This document shows positions 45,313 through 55,800 of a stretch of 64,000 bases of DNA, in pieces. A program made the position numbers and the translations under genes. The notes under the pieces were generated by a model. It searched no databases. It was not told where the DNA came from and saw only the letters and a list, made by a program, of their open reading frames with translations. Positions within the stretch are counted from its first letter, which is position 1, and every line of letters begins with the position of its first letter. The stretch comes from an uncultured Candidatus Poseidoniales archaeon. Its GTDB lineage: Archaea; Thermoplasmatota; Poseidoniia; Poseidoniales; Thalassarchaeaceae. Location of the stretch: the NCBI GenBank assembly GCA_963934015.1, contig CAWVWT010000002.1, forward strand, positions 11,657-75,656, read 5' to 3'.

Positions 45313-45764
45313 TGATGGCATCGAGAGCGGCACTCATAGAGGCGTTTGGACTGAAAGATGTCACACGTGCAGGGTGGGTTCGTGCAGGCGTAGAGAATCC
45401 CGAATCGGTAGCAGCCCACTCATGGGGGATGGCCTTACTGGCAACACAACTTTGCCCCGTTGACCTGAATCTACAGAGAGTATTGGAATTGTGTATCCTC
45501 CATGACCTCGCAGAGGTTCGCGTTGGTGATATCACACCACATGACGGAATCAGTCCCGCTGAAAAACATCGTATGGAAACTGAGGCCATAGGGGAAATGG
45601 GGGTCGATGCTATGGAAATCTTTGCCGAGTATGCGGCACAGGAGACACCAGAATCTCAATTTGTACGGTACCTCGATAAATTTGATATGGCACTGCAGGC
45701 CGAAATATATGAGTCGCAAAACCTCGATCTAACTGAGTTCAAGAAAGCGGTTGAAGAGTGGTAG
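45312..45764 (+). CDS. HD-domain phosphohydrolase (YfbR/HDDC2-like)
   Basis: RAGW, ESVAAHS, HDLAE, GDITP, DKFD. Confidence 0.9.
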   Translation: MMASRAALIEAFGLKDVTRAGWVRAGVENPESVAAHSWGMALLATQLCPVDLNLQRVLELCILHDLAEVRVGDITPHDGISPAEKHRMETEAIGEMGVDAMEIFAEYAAQETPESQFVRYLDKFDMALQAEIYESQNLDLTEFKKAVEEW

Positions 45765-45834
45765 TCCCGGGAGGATTCGAACCTCCGTCCCCGGGATCAA
45801 AACCCGAGATGATGGACCGCTACACAACGGGACT
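45759..45834 (-). tRNA. tRNA-Gln (UUG), CCA encoded
   Basis: Reverse complement AGTCCCG...TCGGG-TTTTGAT-CCCGG...GGAGGTTCGAATCCTCCCGGGACTACCA. Confidence 0.95.
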
Positions 45835-45924
45835 CCAACCCCGCGGGGGGGCCTATGACTATTGAACGGTACGACTGAGCAGGGACGCGAAAGGTCAAGC
45901 GACGATGGCCTACCTCGCGGCGCT

Positions 45925-48900
45925 ATGCGCCGCGGAACACTCTCAATGAGTATGGTGATTCTGTTCGTTTTGAGCAGTTTTTCACCACTGATTGATATTG
46001 CGAAACCAGAGCATAGCGCAGTACAGGAAACCATAGTTTCGACTACTGAGGTCCAGTTTCCAATTTCCACTGCCTTTTCCCCCGGTGTTGAGTTCTGGTT
46101 ACAACAGGAGATTGCAAAACCGATGGTGCTAACACGTGACTTACAGGCGCTTCACCAGTGGCAAAGTGACCGTGGGTTGTTACCTAGCCAGGCATCCGGC
46201 GAATTTCTCCCCGCGCCCCCATCAAGTGGTGTAGTCGAGCACCGCCGGGTCACAATGCCAGGGTACCTCGTGCCCAAGTTGGCAGGCGTTGAAGGCGTAT
46301 TCGCGGTGTATGATGACAGTACTGGACCCGAACCGGTTGGTGCCTTGCCTGGTGGCCCGACCACTGTCAAGAGTGGCCAAATTCATGGGGCAACAGATGC
46401 GTGGGAGCGTGGTTACAACGGTTCAGGTGTTAGAGTTGCAGTTGCCGATTCAGGCATCGATTTTGCACACCCTGATCTGAATGGGACACAAGCGATTCTT
46501 GATGACGCAACATCTCCTTACGATGGGTGGGGTATTATGCATGACCCCATATCCTTGGTTCGTTGGCAACGCGATGGTTTGGCTTATCCAAGCGCTGGAA
46601 ACTCGTGGTGGGTTGAAACTACGAATCTCGATGTCGACACTGACAATGATTCAATACTTGATGCACAAGGATGGAATATTTCAGGGATAGATCAGTCCAT
46701 CTCTGGAAACTACCATTTTGGGTTGCATTCTGATTCGAAGTTAATCGAACGTGCGGGAGGTGATGTCATCATACTCGTCGTTGATACCCAAGTTGCAGGC
46801 ATATACGATACTGTATTCATCGACATCGATAGAGATGGTGATTTTGGTGATGAGAGTCCTGTAAACAAGGAAAATCCAACCTATGGGCGAGATACGAACT
46901 CTGATGGGCTTTGGGATCAAAGTGCTGGGTTGCTATGGTGGATTTCTGACGGTATAAATGGCGTACCCTATGGTGATATTTACGCCGCTAGAAATGGCTA
47001 CCAAAATCGTATTGCAGACGCCGGTGATTTGATTCTCTTGATGCTGAATGATGCATCCGAAGCTGGTGGTAATCATGGAACTCTGTGCGCTTCTGCCGTT
47101 GCTGCTCAGGGCACGATTGGTAATGGGGTTGTGTTGGGCATGGCTCCCGGAGCAGATTTGATTGCAGTCTCAAATCTGTATGCTGGAGGCTCTTGGCTAG
47201 ATTCGTTCCGGTTTATTGCAGAAGGATATGATGGTAATGCAACCACATCACATGATCAAGGTCAAATTGGGTCTTTCTCATTTGGAAATTCAGGTGCTCA
47301 CGATGATGGTGCTGACTACTGGTCACTCTACCTTGATTGGTTGACGCGAGTCCATTCTCCTGAAACAACATACTTTGTTGCTGTTGGCAATGGTGGACAT
47401 GGCTACGGGACGACAGCATCTCCGGGTGGAGCACACGGCGTAATATCGGTCGGTGCTTTTTCTTCGAAAGGTAGTACATGGGGTGAATCCGCCTCATGGT
47501 CGAATAGAGGGCCGAATTCTGTCAGCCGTTTGGATCCAGACATCGTTGCGGTCGGCTGGTCTGCAACCGGTGATAAAACATTGAATGAGGTAACAAATGC
47601 AAACAATGCACACACTACTTGGGGTGGCACATCACTCGCCACCCCGGTAGCGGCTGGGCTGGCAGCAATCATCTACCAAGCATGGCTAAACAATACTGGC
47701 GCTTGGCCCGATTCGCAAAGTTTCAGAGATCTCGTGATGTCGACTGCTGATGACCGAGGCTACGATCCACTCGTGCAAGGTGGTGGTTGGATGAATGCCA
47801 GCCGAGCAGTCGCAGCACTAGAGGGGGATGATGGCTCACTATTGGTGAGTCCTGCAGCATGGATGACTGGTCAGAACGAAGGTTCACACCGCGATGGGAA
47901 TCTCAATTACATCTTGCCAGGGCAGAATCAGACAATGCAACTTTCATTGTCGAATCCAGGCAGTATACCGGTAGATGTTTCTCTCACCCCTTCCGAACTC
48001 ATACCCGTAGCAGGTCGGCATATGGTTTGGAACAGTACAGATAGTGGAAATAACACAACTTGGGACGGCCATCAGAGCCGACCTGATTGGGCATTCCCAA
48101 TCCATATTGCTGGAGATGCAAACCTGTCCCTACCCCCGTCTGCTACATTGATACGTGCGCGAGCCGTTATGGAGGGTGAAGGTTTTGATGGTAATCAGGA
48201 TTTTCAATCTGAAAATCGCCTCCACCTCCGTATTTATCGTTGGATAGATAGTGATGGAGATGGAAATTGGACCAGTGACTTTGACAATGATAGTTATGTT
48301 GACGATGGAGATTGGACCGAATCAAACGAATTGGCAATGATTACAGAGCATGTGTATGAGTCCGGGCAGGTCGAAGTTCGTGTTGGCAATCCACACGATT
48401 GGGAAGGGGATGGTCTCATCGTAGCGCTCTGGCGTCAATTTGTGCGGGACCCAAACAAAGACCCGCTCCGCATTGAATTCGATTGGACCGCATTTGGTCC
48501 AGCCAACGACTCATGGATTTCAGCCCCTGCTAATCTCACAATCGCTCCAGGTAATACCACGCAAGTCAATGTGACCATCGATGTCCCTGCGAACACGCGA
48601 GGCGGTCTCAAGCAGCATGGGTTACGCATTCATGCAACGACAAACAACACAACTCGAGACTGGACTTGGCCTGTGATTACCAATGTCGGTTTCAATGGAC
48701 CATTTTCTATTACCCCTACTCTCATTGATGGGAATGTTAGCAACCAGACACTCTATGATGAAACATGGTTGCAAGGTGCGCAGCGGTGGGGATGGAGGGC
48801 CGAATCTGGTGATTGGAAATTTTTGACGATGGATTGGCCCACTTCTCTATCTGGAAACGGTTCTATCCTCGTCGATGTTGATTGGCCAGATAACGCCTAT

Positions 48901-51900
48901 ACAGACGTAGATGTTCATTGGATGAGTGAAGCAGATCACCCCTTCTATCTTGATGACCCTACTGCTTATGGGCCAAGAACAGTGGTAATGGAAACTGGTT
49001 CCGTCGGGCAGCACCAAGGCAGTGGAAAATACGCTTACTACACCAATGGTGGCGGGAGTAGAGAAATTATCGTGGCCGATGATACACCTGGAACCAAACA
49101 GATGCTTCTGCATTCGGCGATGCATGGGGTCAACACAAATGACAATCCATTGAACATCAGTGTTGGTTACATTTCTCCATTAGATGCGGGATTGTCAACT
49201 AGTCTTTCTGATTGGACTCAGATGAGTGGTGTATCAAGCCATCGAATTGGCTCTACAGTCACATTAGATGTGGCTTCAATCAACGCGCATGGATTCACGA
49301 TACCGGAATATTTGTCGAGTGAGGTTGCTTACCAAGATGACCCGGGGGATATCACATCCTCTTCCTATATTCAAGAATTCTCTGCAGGCTTAAATGAATT
49401 AATTGAGGTTGAGATTGGATGTCACCAATCTGGAATTGACCTGGATATGTATCTCTACAGGGACAAAAATAGCAATGGTGTTTTGGATTGGGGGAACGAA
49501 CAGGTTGGCAGTTCAGGTAATTTTAACTGTGACGAATCGATTGCTTATGGTGGTGGACAAGCAGATACTTACTGGGTCGTCGTTCATGGTTATGATTTAC
49601 GCGCATCCAATACAACATTCTGGTTACGGTGGTCGGAAATTGGTGGTGCAGACCTTGGGATTGCAGATTATACATCCTTGAATCCTCCTCAAATTAGCAG
49701 TAACTACACCAATGGTTCTAATGCTCTTGGCGGCTTGATGCCCGAGAGTGTAATCGAACTGAATTTGACCTGGAATCGCCCCCGCAGTGCTGGCATATGG
49801 GAGGGGTTTGTTGATCTCACATTGACGAGTGGAGGTTTGATCAGGTTGCCCTATAGTTTCACTTTAACCGATCCCGTTCCAGAGGTTGCATTCTCTATAC
49901 CTAACGGCACGCGGACAAATCAATCAATTGCAATATCGATGAATGCGCATGATCGAGGGACAGGATTCAATGTTAGTGGACTGAATTTCGATTCTGGTGG
50001 TCAAATCGCTGGAGTATTGCCAAATGCGTCAACGTTCGAAACAATATCCATTGATGGGACTCAACACAATGATACACTCGATTTATGGCAGCATTGGAAT
50101 TCAAACCGAGCATACAGCGACGGGGACCACTATGCCACGGTGAATAACACGTTATCGTTGGAGGCAGAATCTGCGATGAATACTATGGCTGGTAATGGAC
50201 CAGACTGGTCTTTGGCCAATTCGGAATTAAACTTTTCAGGTTCTGGTTACATGACATCGGTAGCAGATGGGTTTGATTCAGGTAATATCTCATCAGGTTC
50301 AAGACTTTCATGGGATGTTGAATTTGCTACAATAGGCACATATTGGGTTTGGATGCGAATGCAGCAACATGGCGAATCATCTGATTCAATTCACATCGGC
50401 CTTGATGGTACAGCCCAGTCGGTTGCACAAGGTGGAATGGGTACAAATGCAAGTGGATGGGTTTGGGCCAATGCCTATGCGAATCAATCGATGAACTTGC
50501 GGGTATTCCTCAATGTTTCTTCTCCCGGCCGTCATACAGTTGATGTTTGGATTAAGGAATCAGGGGTTGATTTCGATCGTCTTGAATTGACCACATCACA
50601 GGTTTGGCTTCCTCCCACAGTTCAGCCAGCAAATTACTCACCAGCATCTGGACGATGGAATGATTTAACACTCCGATCTGCATGGTTGAATTGGACTCTC
50701 CCCAGTGATAATCAGTGGCATGATTATGCAGCAGATGCACTGGATTTGACCGATCGCATCGACCAAGCTAACCTGCGAATTGAGCACGATGATATTGCCC
50801 CCCCCATCGCAATCCATAATTGGCGAATGTTTACCAATCAGGCGCAATTATCTGACACTTGGGTGATGACTGACCCTGAGGCAAATTTTTGGTTGAATGG
50901 GACTGAATTACCAGTCAATGAAGAAGGTCGAGTGGACTTGAACTTAGAACTTCAGCCAACCATTTGGGGTCGTACGATATTCGACCCAGCGACACCTGAA
51001 CATTGGGACACAACCACTTGGCAATGGCACGAGATCAATGATTTCGTGTTCACCTCAAGAGATCCTGCAGGGAACTGGAATTCCGCCAACGCCAGCATGG
51101 TGTTTGACCCTTGGGCACCTGACAATTCGGGGCCAACGCCGCAATTATCCTTTGATTTCATCAGTGTTCCCGAATGGGGTGATGTTGACGTATCTGTCCA
51201 GTCAACACAACCCTACAGTTTCAATGTAGGTGAATTGTCAATTTCAAGATTGTTTGATGGCAGAGAAATTTGCCTTAGCATCTTATCATCTAGTGGATTT
51301 GAAATGGAACAACAATGTCAAATTGACAACGCCCCCCCTTGGGGCGAAGCACCTTACTCCAATCGCCCGATAATGGAAGAAAACCAATTTGTGATTAATT
51401 TCACAGATTGGGCTGATGATTTGTATGAATTGCGATTAATCGTAACAGATTGGGCAAACAATACAGGAATACATAACACTACGATTCTTATTGATCGCAC
51501 TGCACCTGCTATTGGCATAGCATCCCCCACAGATGAACAGATACTCTTAGACCACCATCTTGAGATTGCATGGAATGTTAGTGAACGGAGTTATCAGTGG
51601 GTGGAAATCAATGGTGAAAATATATGGTCAGTGGGACAATTTCAAAATGGTAGTCAGAACTTACTTATTGAACTTGGGCGAACTGGGAACCACACAATCT
51701 GTATCTATGCGTGGGATGATACTGCGATGGAAGGGTTCATTGGGCCCAATTTGGCTGAGAGCTGTGTTGAGGTGACTCTGCCTGAACAGACCTATTGGCC
51801 CTTACTTGGTGCACCATGGAATGATACTCATGTAAGCACCCCGAGGGTCTGGGTGGAACTGACACTGGGCCCCGACCAATTTTACGATTGGTGGCACGAT

Positions 51901-52872
51901 GGCATGAACGGATCTCTTTACGTTGTCGAAAATGGTAATGTTAGTATCCCCATCGACCTTCATGCCGGTGAAAACCATCTCATATTCCATCTTGAGGCAT
52001 TAGAGAAAATCTTCGTCTACGAGCTAATCGTTACACTCGATCAAGCCCCCCCTGAATTGACTGTGATTTCACCCGATTATGGCTATGCAACATACCGAAA
52101 TATAGCAATTATTGAGGGTGAATGTGAATACGGTTTAACCGTATATATCAATATCAGTGGACTCATTAGTCAGGGGGAGTGTATTGTGGATGGTTCTTTC
52201 GAAATCGAAGCCAACTTACCACTGATGGAAGGGATTTGGGAAATGGCCACATACCAAACCGATTTAGCTGGAAATAAGTTCACTGATATCAGACAAATCA
52301 TCACTGACAAAACGGCCCCTAATGCCAATCTGGTTTGGAATCAAACAGAATGTGATCGCCAGCCGACAGCACCGGCGTGGGGTGTGCCAAACCTAGCAGA
52401 TTGCCGGGTCGCAGTTGATTTGTCAATCCTGAGTGATGATGTTGTTACCTGGTCAATCGTATTGCAAAATGGGGATATTGATGTATTTTCAGAATCAGGT
52501 GTTGGGGCTGATTTCGATGGTATGCAACCCCGTTCTTTCTCAGGTGCTGGGGAAACCGGTGTATGGTCGGTCACTGTTGAACTCACAGACGCTGCAGGCA
52601 ATAGACAACGATTTCAAATCGCCACAAATTTAGATGCCCCCGAAGCGACGATTGGAGAGCAGTTGAAGACTCCCGGGTCGATCGAAAATTTAGTCGCAAT
52701 TGGAATCGCAAGCTTGTTGCTGTTTGTCTTACAGATGATGCGTAATCGAAAATCGGTGGAGCGTGACCACTGGGATGCGATTGCGTTATCGGAAATTGTA
52801 GCTGCGGATTCGATGTTTGAAGACGACACAGTCGTCTCAGACGAGGAAGCGACAATATCAAACACTGAGTGA
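45925..52872 (+). CDS. Very large membrane-anchored S8 (subtilisin/pyrolysin-like) serine protease
   Basis: VADSGID, NHGTLCAS, GTSLATP triad; PPC-like DLDMYLY; CBM-like and Ig-like domains; C-terminal TM. Confidence 0.92.
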   Translation: MRRGTLSMSMVILFVLSSFSPLIDIAKPEHSAVQETIVSTTEVQFPISTAFSPGVEFWLQQEIAKPMVLTRDLQALHQWQSDRGLLPSQASGEFLPAPPSSGVVEHRRVTMPGYLVPKLAGVEGVFAVYDDSTGPEPVGALPGGPTTVKSGQIHGATDAWERGYNGSGVRVAVADSGIDFAHPDLNGTQAILDDATSPYDGWGIMHDPISLVRWQRDGLAYPSAGNSWWVETTNLDVDTDNDSILDAQGWNISGIDQSISGNYHFGLHSDSKLIERAGGDVIILVVDTQVAGIYDTVFIDIDRDGDFGDESPVNKENPTYGRDTNSDGLWDQSAGLLWWISDGINGVPYGDIYAARNGYQNRIADAGDLILLMLNDASEAGGNHGTLCASAVAAQGTIGNGVVLGMAPGADLIAVSNLYAGGSWLDSFRFIAEGYDGNATTSHDQGQIGSFSFGNSGAHDDGADYWSLYLDWLTRVHSPETTYFVAVGNGGHGYGTTASPGGAHGVISVGAFSSKGSTWGESASWSNRGPNSVSRLDPDIVAVGWSATGDKTLNEVTNANNAHTTWGGTSLATPVAAGLAAIIYQAWLNNTGAWPDSQSFRDLVMSTADDRGYDPLVQGGGWMNASRAVAALEGDDGSLLVSPAAWMTGQNEGSHRDGNLNYILPGQNQTMQLSLSNPGSIPVDVSLTPSELIPVAGRHMVWNSTDSGNNTTWDGHQSRPDWAFPIHIAGDANLSLPPSATLIRARAVMEGEGFDGNQDFQSENRLHLRIYRWIDSDGDGNWTSDFDNDSYVDDGDWTESNELAMITEHVYESGQVEVRVGNPHDWEGDGLIVALWRQFVRDPNKDPLRIEFDWTAFGPANDSWISAPANLTIAPGNTTQVNVTIDVPANTRGGLKQHGLRIHATTNNTTRDWTWPVITNVGFNGPFSITPTLIDGNVSNQTLYDETWLQGAQRWGWRAESGDWKFLTMDWPTSLSGNGSILVDVDWPDNAYTDVDVHWMSEADHPFYLDDPTAYGPRTVVMETGSVGQHQGSGKYAYYTNGGGSREIIVADDTPGTKQMLLHSAMHGVNTNDNPLNISVGYISPLDAGLSTSLSDWTQMSGVSSHRIGSTVTLDVASINAHGFTIPEYLSSEVAYQDDPGDITSSSYIQEFSAGLNELIEVEIGCHQSGIDLDMYLYRDKNSNGVLDWGNEQVGSSGNFNCDESIAYGGGQADTYWVVVHGYDLRASNTTFWLRWSEIGGADLGIADYTSLNPPQISSNYTNGSNALGGLMPESVIELNLTWNRPRSAGIWEGFVDLTLTSGGLIRLPYSFTLTDPVPEVAFSIPNGTRTNQSIAISMNAHDRGTGFNVSGLNFDSGGQIAGVLPNASTFETISIDGTQHNDTLDLWQHWNSNRAYSDGDHYATVNNTLSLEAESAMNTMAGNGPDWSLANSELNFSGSGYMTSVADGFDSGNISSGSRLSWDVEFATIGTYWVWMRMQQHGESSDSIHIGLDGTAQSVAQGGMGTNASGWVWANAYANQSMNLRVFLNVSSPGRHTVDVWIKESGVDFDRLELTTSQVWLPPTVQPANYSPASGRWNDLTLRSAWLNWTLPSDNQWHDYAADALDLTDRIDQANLRIEHDDIAPPIAIHNWRMFTNQAQLSDTWVMTDPEANFWLNGTELPVNEEGRVDLNLELQPTIWGRTIFDPATPEHWDTTTWQWHEINDFVFTSRDPAGNWNSANASMVFDPWAPDNSGPTPQLSFDFISVPEWGDVDVSVQSTQPYSFNVGELSISRLFDGREICLSILSSSGFEMEQQCQIDNAPPWGEAPYSNRPIMEENQFVINFTDWADDLYELRLIVTDWANNTGIHNTTILIDRTAPAIGIASPTDEQILLDHHLEIAWNVSERSYQWVEINGENIWSVGQFQNGSQNLLIELGRTGNHTICIYAWDDTAMEGFIGPNLAESCVEVTLPEQTYWPLLGAPWNDTHVSTPRVWVELTLGPDQFYDWWHDGMNGSLYVVENGNVSIPIDLHAGENHLIFHLEALEKIFVYELIVTLDQAPPELTVISPDYGYATYRNIAIIEGECEYGLTVYINISGLISQGECIVDGSFEIEANLPLMEGIWEMATYQTDLAGNKFTDIRQIITDKTAPNANLVWNQTECDRQPTAPAWGVPNLADCRVAVDLSILSDDVVTWSIVLQNGDIDVFSESGVGADFDGMQPRSFSGAGETGVWSVTVELTDAAGNRQRFQIATNLDAPEATIGEQLKTPGSIENLVAIGIASLLLFVLQMMRNRKSVERDHWDAIALSEIVAADSMFEDDTVVSDEEATISNTE

Positions 52873-52876
52873 CAGT

Positions 52877-55800
52877 GTGCGGATTGTGAATTCCAAGCGC
52901 CACATCTCAATATTCTTGGCGTTTTTGATGGTTTCTTATATTTTCACATGGACTCCTTCTGTCACAGCTACAGATGGCGATAACGATGGTTTCGACGACT
53001 CAGTGGATGACTGCCCATTCGCAGCAGGCAATTCCACCACAACCAAACTAGGTTGTCCAGACACAGATGGCGATGGTACCCCTGATATCATCCAGGGAAC
53101 GGTTTCCGATTTCAACGGTGCAAACTATGCAAAAACAGTTTCCACATCCAGTTCGCGAAGTTCGATGTCACGCACTCTCGCAGTTGCCCCCAATGGGATG
53201 CTGGTGGCTGGTGCTGATGGTGGTGATGCGGTCATATTACTCGATGCAGCTGGTAATGAAATCAAAACATTACTGACTATACAATCCAATCCCCGTGATT
53301 TAGATTTCACACCAAATGGGACCTTGCTCGTAGTTTCTGCATATGAAGCGAATAACAATGCATCTGTGCATGTATTTACTATCGATTGGGCGACACAGAG
53401 TGCCACACTTCTGATTGATTTATCAGCCAACCACGATGATGACACTTATGCCGCTCGCTTCAGCCCGGATGGAAGTTTGCTCCATGTAGGTGGCAAAGAT
53501 CAAAATGTCACAACCTATTTTGTTTCAAACTGGACCATTGCGCATATTGCTCAAGTTGGTGACGATGTGTATACCATCAAGACAAGCCCTGACGGCCGTT
53601 TTATGGCCTTCACGCACGGTGAAGAAATGAGCGTACACTGGTCGTCAAATGGTACACAGGTATACAATCGTCACAACAATTCAGGTTACACATTGGGGTT
53701 GGATTGGAGTCCTGATGGCAATTGGATTGTCACAGGGAGTTCAGATAACACCATCCGCATCTACCATGCTGGGAATGGAACGTTGATGAAGAATATCTCA
53801 TACAGTTCTGATGTTAATGAGATTGCATTCAATCACGCGGGCACACATCTTGTGATTGCAACCAGTGATAACGACCCCACCTGGATTATTCGCGTATCTG
53901 ATTGGACTGTTGAGGCCGAATTCGGTGATTTCGGCGGAGGTAGTGGTCAAGGGTCGTCTGGTAGACGCGGTGCACGCGATGTCGTTTGGTCATTAGATGA
54001 AACCAAGATCTACTTCGGCGCTAGATACTACGGCCGAATCTACACCTACTATTCCACAGATGCATATGCATGGCTTGGTGGTGATGTGACTGGGGAATTG
54101 CTCGGGTCACGGTTCTTTGAATATGCAGATTCACACAGTGACTATATTCCAATGCACTTCAACAGTTCTACGATTCAAACGACTAATTCCCTGTGCAATG
54201 GTGTCAATCCGAAAGGTGATGCGCCTTTGATTGGAGCATCATCGAGTACTGCTGCCGAGAGATTTACGACGACTTTGGCGAATTATTCAGTCAGTGGTAT
54301 GCGCGATTGCGATTCTACCAATGCCCGCTTAATCGAAGTACCAATAGCGCGAATGCCTGCATCACTAATGGTTGATCCGAATACTGCAACCCACGAATGC
54401 TTGAACATGACTGGTGGTCTCTCGATGGGCCAGGTGCGATGGATTTTGTCCGATGCATCACAATCTACACTTTCTTCTTCTGGAATTCACCCCGCAGTAG
54501 TTTGGAATTCAATTGTACCCAATGACGACGGAGATGGGGAGCCTGAATGGAGGGATTTACATTCATCTTGTCCGAATGAACCAATCCATATCTATCACCG
54601 GTGGGAAAACCGATCGATTCCACAGATGATATCAGCATTGATGTTCTGTGACCATTGCAGTTTTCCTGAGGACTGGTTTACTGGTGAAAATACCCCCTCC
54701 GGGCGTGCGCGTTATGTTCTTGAGACGCGCGAAGAAATTATCACAGGTGCCTCAAACAATGACGATGTTATTGGAATTACTGAATTAAGGGCAGCAGTTC
54801 AGTACAATACAACCTACCATATTCCAATGTTTGACAATTGGACGCACGGGGCAGCAGATGCACTTTCTAATGGAAATACAGCGATTCTTCCTTCGGTGGA
54901 AAATAGTACGACAGGGGTCTGGCCATTTCAGGACGACTACCGCCTCGTCATACGTGAAGACGAATTGGATATTCTACGCCCATTTTTAGCTTGGATGCTG
55001 AGTGAGGAAGGTCAAGATAACTTTGATGAAATTGGTTTTGTACGAATGGATCCATTATCCCGCGTACATGCAGGTGATCGTATCGGAGTCAATCTGCGCC
55101 ATCTATTGCCAGATGATGATGGCGATGGAATTTGGAATGGCGATGATAACTGCTCAAATACAACACCTGGCCTCTCCGTTGATGCATCGGGTTGCGCACA
55201 AAATCAACTTGACGACGATGGCGATGGACTTGTCAATACAGAGGATGATTGCCCAAATTCTGCAGGCACAAGCACTCAACCCACCTTTGGTTGCCTTGAT
55301 ACAGATGGTGATAGTTGGGCCGATACGGCTGATGCTTTCCCAACTGAATCCACACAGTGGAATGATACGGACGGGGATGGATTTGGGGATGAACCTACAG
55401 GATACCAAGCTGATGTATGCGTATTGGAATACGGTTTATCTGATCAAGACCGATTTGGTTGCGCAGATACCGACGGGGATGGTTGGTCAGATTTGAATGA
55501 CATGTTCCCTGGTAATCCTTCGCAGTGGGTCGATGCAGATGGTGATGGCATTGGTGACAATTACACATGGGGTAATGTAATCAACGAAATCAGAGTATCT
55601 GAGTATGGAGATGCATTCCCCTCAGATATTACGCAACACAAAGACCGAGACGGGGATGGTTTTGGCGACAATCCAGATGGATTTCTTGCTGATGATTGCC
55701 CTGACGAGGCGGGTACATCGAATATGAATGGTCGAATTGGTTGCCTCGATTCTGATGGAGATGGTTGGGCAGATGTTGATGATGCCTTCCCCAATGAGCC

